From Planctomycetota bacterium (GTDB taxonomy: Bacteria > Planctomycetota > Planctomycetia > Pirellulales > Lacipirellulaceae), in the NCBI GenBank assembly GCA_039190745.1, contig JBCCXZ010000068.1, positions 1 to 17,924 on the forward strand: a DNA stretch of 17,924 nucleotides, written 5' to 3'. Positions 15,047 through 17,924 of the stretch are shown one piece after another. The translations under genes and the position numbers were made by a program. The notes under the pieces are model-generated. The model was not told where the DNA came from and searched no databases. It saw only the letters and a program-made list of their open reading frames with translations. Numbering within the stretch: position 1 is the stretch's first letter; every line of letters starts with the position of its first letter.

Positions 15047-16456
15047 TCAACAGACGGTCTCCAGCGCTTCGCGGCTGTGCGGCGTGACGGCCGCTTCGGG
15101 CTCGGGCTGCTGCATGGGCGGCGGCACGAAGGGCGTGCCATCGAAGGCGAAGCGCTCGAGCTTCTTGCGGTTGGGCGGCATGCGGCCGCAGAAGTAGTTG
15201 CACGCCCGGTAGTAGCTGAGGTCTTCCCACCAGAGGCGGGTAAACTCGCGGTCGCGGATCAGCCGGCCGGCAACCTGGAAGGGGCTTTTCACCGCGTCGA
15301 GCACCGGGCCGGAGAGCTCCGATGGGTCGCGGAAGCACTCCCAATCGCAGTCGGTGCAGTTCCGCTCTTGGTCGACGCTGTTGAGGTCGAGGTCCCAGTA
15401 GGGTCCCATGTTCTCGTCGCCGCGGTAGCCGCAAGGGTAGGCGTTGCCATCGACCGAGCTGACGAAGAAGTAGTCGATGCCGCCGCGGCAGCCGTACTTC
15501 GGTTCGCCTCGGCCAGAGTACTGCTCGATGATCGTCTTCACCGACGTGCGGGGCGTGAAGATGCGGATCTTCGAGCGGTGCTCGGGCACCGTGTCGTAGA
15601 GCGCCTGGAACAGGGGAACCTTTTCATCGGGCGTGAAGCGGACGATGCGGTCGGTCGAGGTAGCGGTGTAGACGGCCTGCAGCGGGTCGGCGGCTTCTTC
15701 CGGGTCGACGCTCATCGGGTAGCACATGTTGATGATCGTGAACCCCATGTCCGCCGCGCGGGTATAGAAGCGGGCGAACGCGGTGCGGAAATAGTCGTAG
15801 GTGCGCTGGTAGTCGGCGGGGCCGTCTTGCACGGGGAACACCTTGCGGTAGTCTCCGCCGGCGTTGCGGTTGATGCCGAGGTTGGCCGAGGGGTAAATGC
15901 CGTACTCCTCGAAGATGGGCAGCGCCTTCTCGACGCCCTTGAGCACGCCGGGCAGGCCGCGCATCTCTTCGTGTACTTCCGGGACGACCGAGTCGATGCT
16001 GATCCAGAAGGTGTAGAGCTTGGTCGCGGCGAGCTGCTCGGCAAACTTGCGGACCTTGCCCTCGAAGGAGGGTTTGTCGGAGCCGAGGAACATGAAGCCG
16101 TTGGTGCCGGTGCGGATGTACTTGATGCCCGCCGTGCCGGCGTAGCCGATCAGCTCCAGCACCTCGTCCTTCTTCAAGAAAGGCTCGCCGCCGGTGAAGG
16201 AAAGCGCCGCGACGCCGTTTTTCACGGCCGCGTCGATCAGCTTCTTGCCCCGATCGAGGTCAAGGGCCGTGCGGTCGAAGTCGTTCTGCACGCGCATCTC
16301 GCACTGGGGGCAGCGTGCGTTGCAGCGGTCGGTGTACTGGATGATGAGCTGGCCGGGCGACCGGCCGCGGAGCATCCGACCAAGGTGCTTCAGGTTGAGG
16401 TTCAGTCCCGGGCGGAACGCTGCGGGGGGACTCGATGGCGCTTGGGCGGCGGGCAT
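15047..16456 (-). CDS. radical SAM protein with Cys-rich SPASM/twitch-like C-terminus, ~469 aa
   Basis: CNARCPQC (CX3CX2C), FTGGEPF, TNG and ISIDS. C-terminal CRGG...GNAYPCGY...CTDCDWEC. ATG at 16456 follows GGGAG; start uncertain. Confidence 0.92.
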   Translation of the reverse strand: MPAAQAPSSPPAAFRPGLNLNLKHLGRMLRGRSPGQLIIQYTDRCNARCPQCEMRVQNDFDRTALDLDRGKKLIDAAVKNGVAALSFTGGEPFLKKDEVLELIGYAGTAGIKYIRTGTNGFMFLGSDKPSFEGKVRKFAEQLAATKLYTFWISIDSVVPEVHEEMRGLPGVLKGVEKALPIFEEYGIYPSANLGINRNAGGDYRKVFPVQDGPADYQRTYDYFRTAFARFYTRAADMGFTIINMCYPMSVDPEEAADPLQAVYTATSTDRIVRFTPDEKVPLFQALYDTVPEHRSKIRIFTPRTSVKTIIEQYSGRGEPKYGCRGGIDYFFVSSVDGNAYPCGYRGDENMGPYWDLDLNSVDQERNCTDCDWECFRDPSELSGPVLDAVKSPFQVAGRLIRDREFTRLWWEDLSYYRACNYFCGRMPPNRKKLERFAFDGTPFVPPPMQQPEPEAAVTPHSREALETVC

Positions 16457-16820
16457 GGGGGCTCCCGGGCTTGGAGTGCGTTGAGCAGGCCTAACCGGAG
16501 ACGGCCGCCCTGACCGCGATCGGCCTCGGCCTGTTGCTGCTAAGGGCAACGCCGAGAGACGCGCGTCGGCAAGGACTGGCACGGACGATCCCTGTACGGC
16601 GTGCCGATTGTCGACAGCATATGCACATCGATGAGGATCAGGTTAACACGAAGAGAATTCCCGGTGAAACCACAGTTTGAACGCTTGGTTTGAGCGATCG
16701 AAAGCTGGGGATCGGGGACGCGTTACGCAGAAACTTAGTGGGTTCGTCGCTTGAGAATCGGCCTGGGTAGCCTAGGAGCTTGCGCAAGAGATACGACGCC
16801 GTTTAGGGATAGAAGGCCGA

Positions 16821-16857
16821 CCACTCCCCCGGCGTTTGAACAGGGACGCGGGGGTGG
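16821..16857 (-). terminator. GC-rich hairpin downstream of the 60-aa ORF (possible terminator or 3' stabiliser)
   Basis: CCACTCCCCCGGCGT ... ACGCGGGGGTGG imperfect inverted repeat 14 nt past the stop codon; no clear U-tract. Confidence 0.35.
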
Positions 16858-16871
16858 GCGGAACGTGTTGC

Positions 16872-17924
<1,053 letters not shown>

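Noticed and set aside
15047..16456. Calling the radical SAM HpnH (hopanoid pathway)
   Set aside because: The C-terminal Cys spacing is loosely similar, but the HpnH-type N-terminal LEPLFRCNLAC context and hopanoid neighbours are absent.
12346..16513. Long plus-strand ORFs (562, 334 and 544 aa) antisense to the GT and radical SAM genes
   Set aside because: Shadow ORFs expected from high GC3 codon bias; no motifs, and the opposite strand holds clear genes.
16577..16592. sigma54 promoter (TGGCACG)
   Set aside because: No TTGC at the -12 position, and it points away from the adjacent radical SAM gene.

Overview
GC-rich bacterial window, most likely a planctomycete (Pirellulales-like; inferred from an unlinked, shortened 23S rRNA, an RFSxxxLL-type membrane protein, a DUF1207-like barrel and the style of the small proteins). 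Left to right: the 5' end of a 23S rRNA gene on the minus strand, with its own sigma70 promoter and boxA and no 16S or tRNA upstream; a small membrane protein; a membrane-anchored diguanylate cyclase with one active and one degenerate GGDEF domain; a small Cys/His-rich protein; three consecutive peptidase genes (DUF885, M24 Xaa-Pro-type, S9 DPP IV-type); a plus-strand envelope block (DUF1207-like beta-barrel, lone LptF/LptG permease, PAP2 phosphatase) converging on a minus-strand pair (radical SAM with SPASM-like C-terminus, PHP-GT4 glycosyltransferase fusion); a 60-aa ORF; and the 5' part of malate dehydrogenase. The two strongest leads are (i) the five-gene radical SAM/PHP-GT4/PAP2/LptFG/DUF1207 cluster as a possible uncharacterised glycolipid synthesis and export system, and (ii) a clean ~59-nt deletion of 23S helices H8-H10 with compensatory stem changes and a remodelled H23. 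All family calls come from motif recognition by eye, not database searches.
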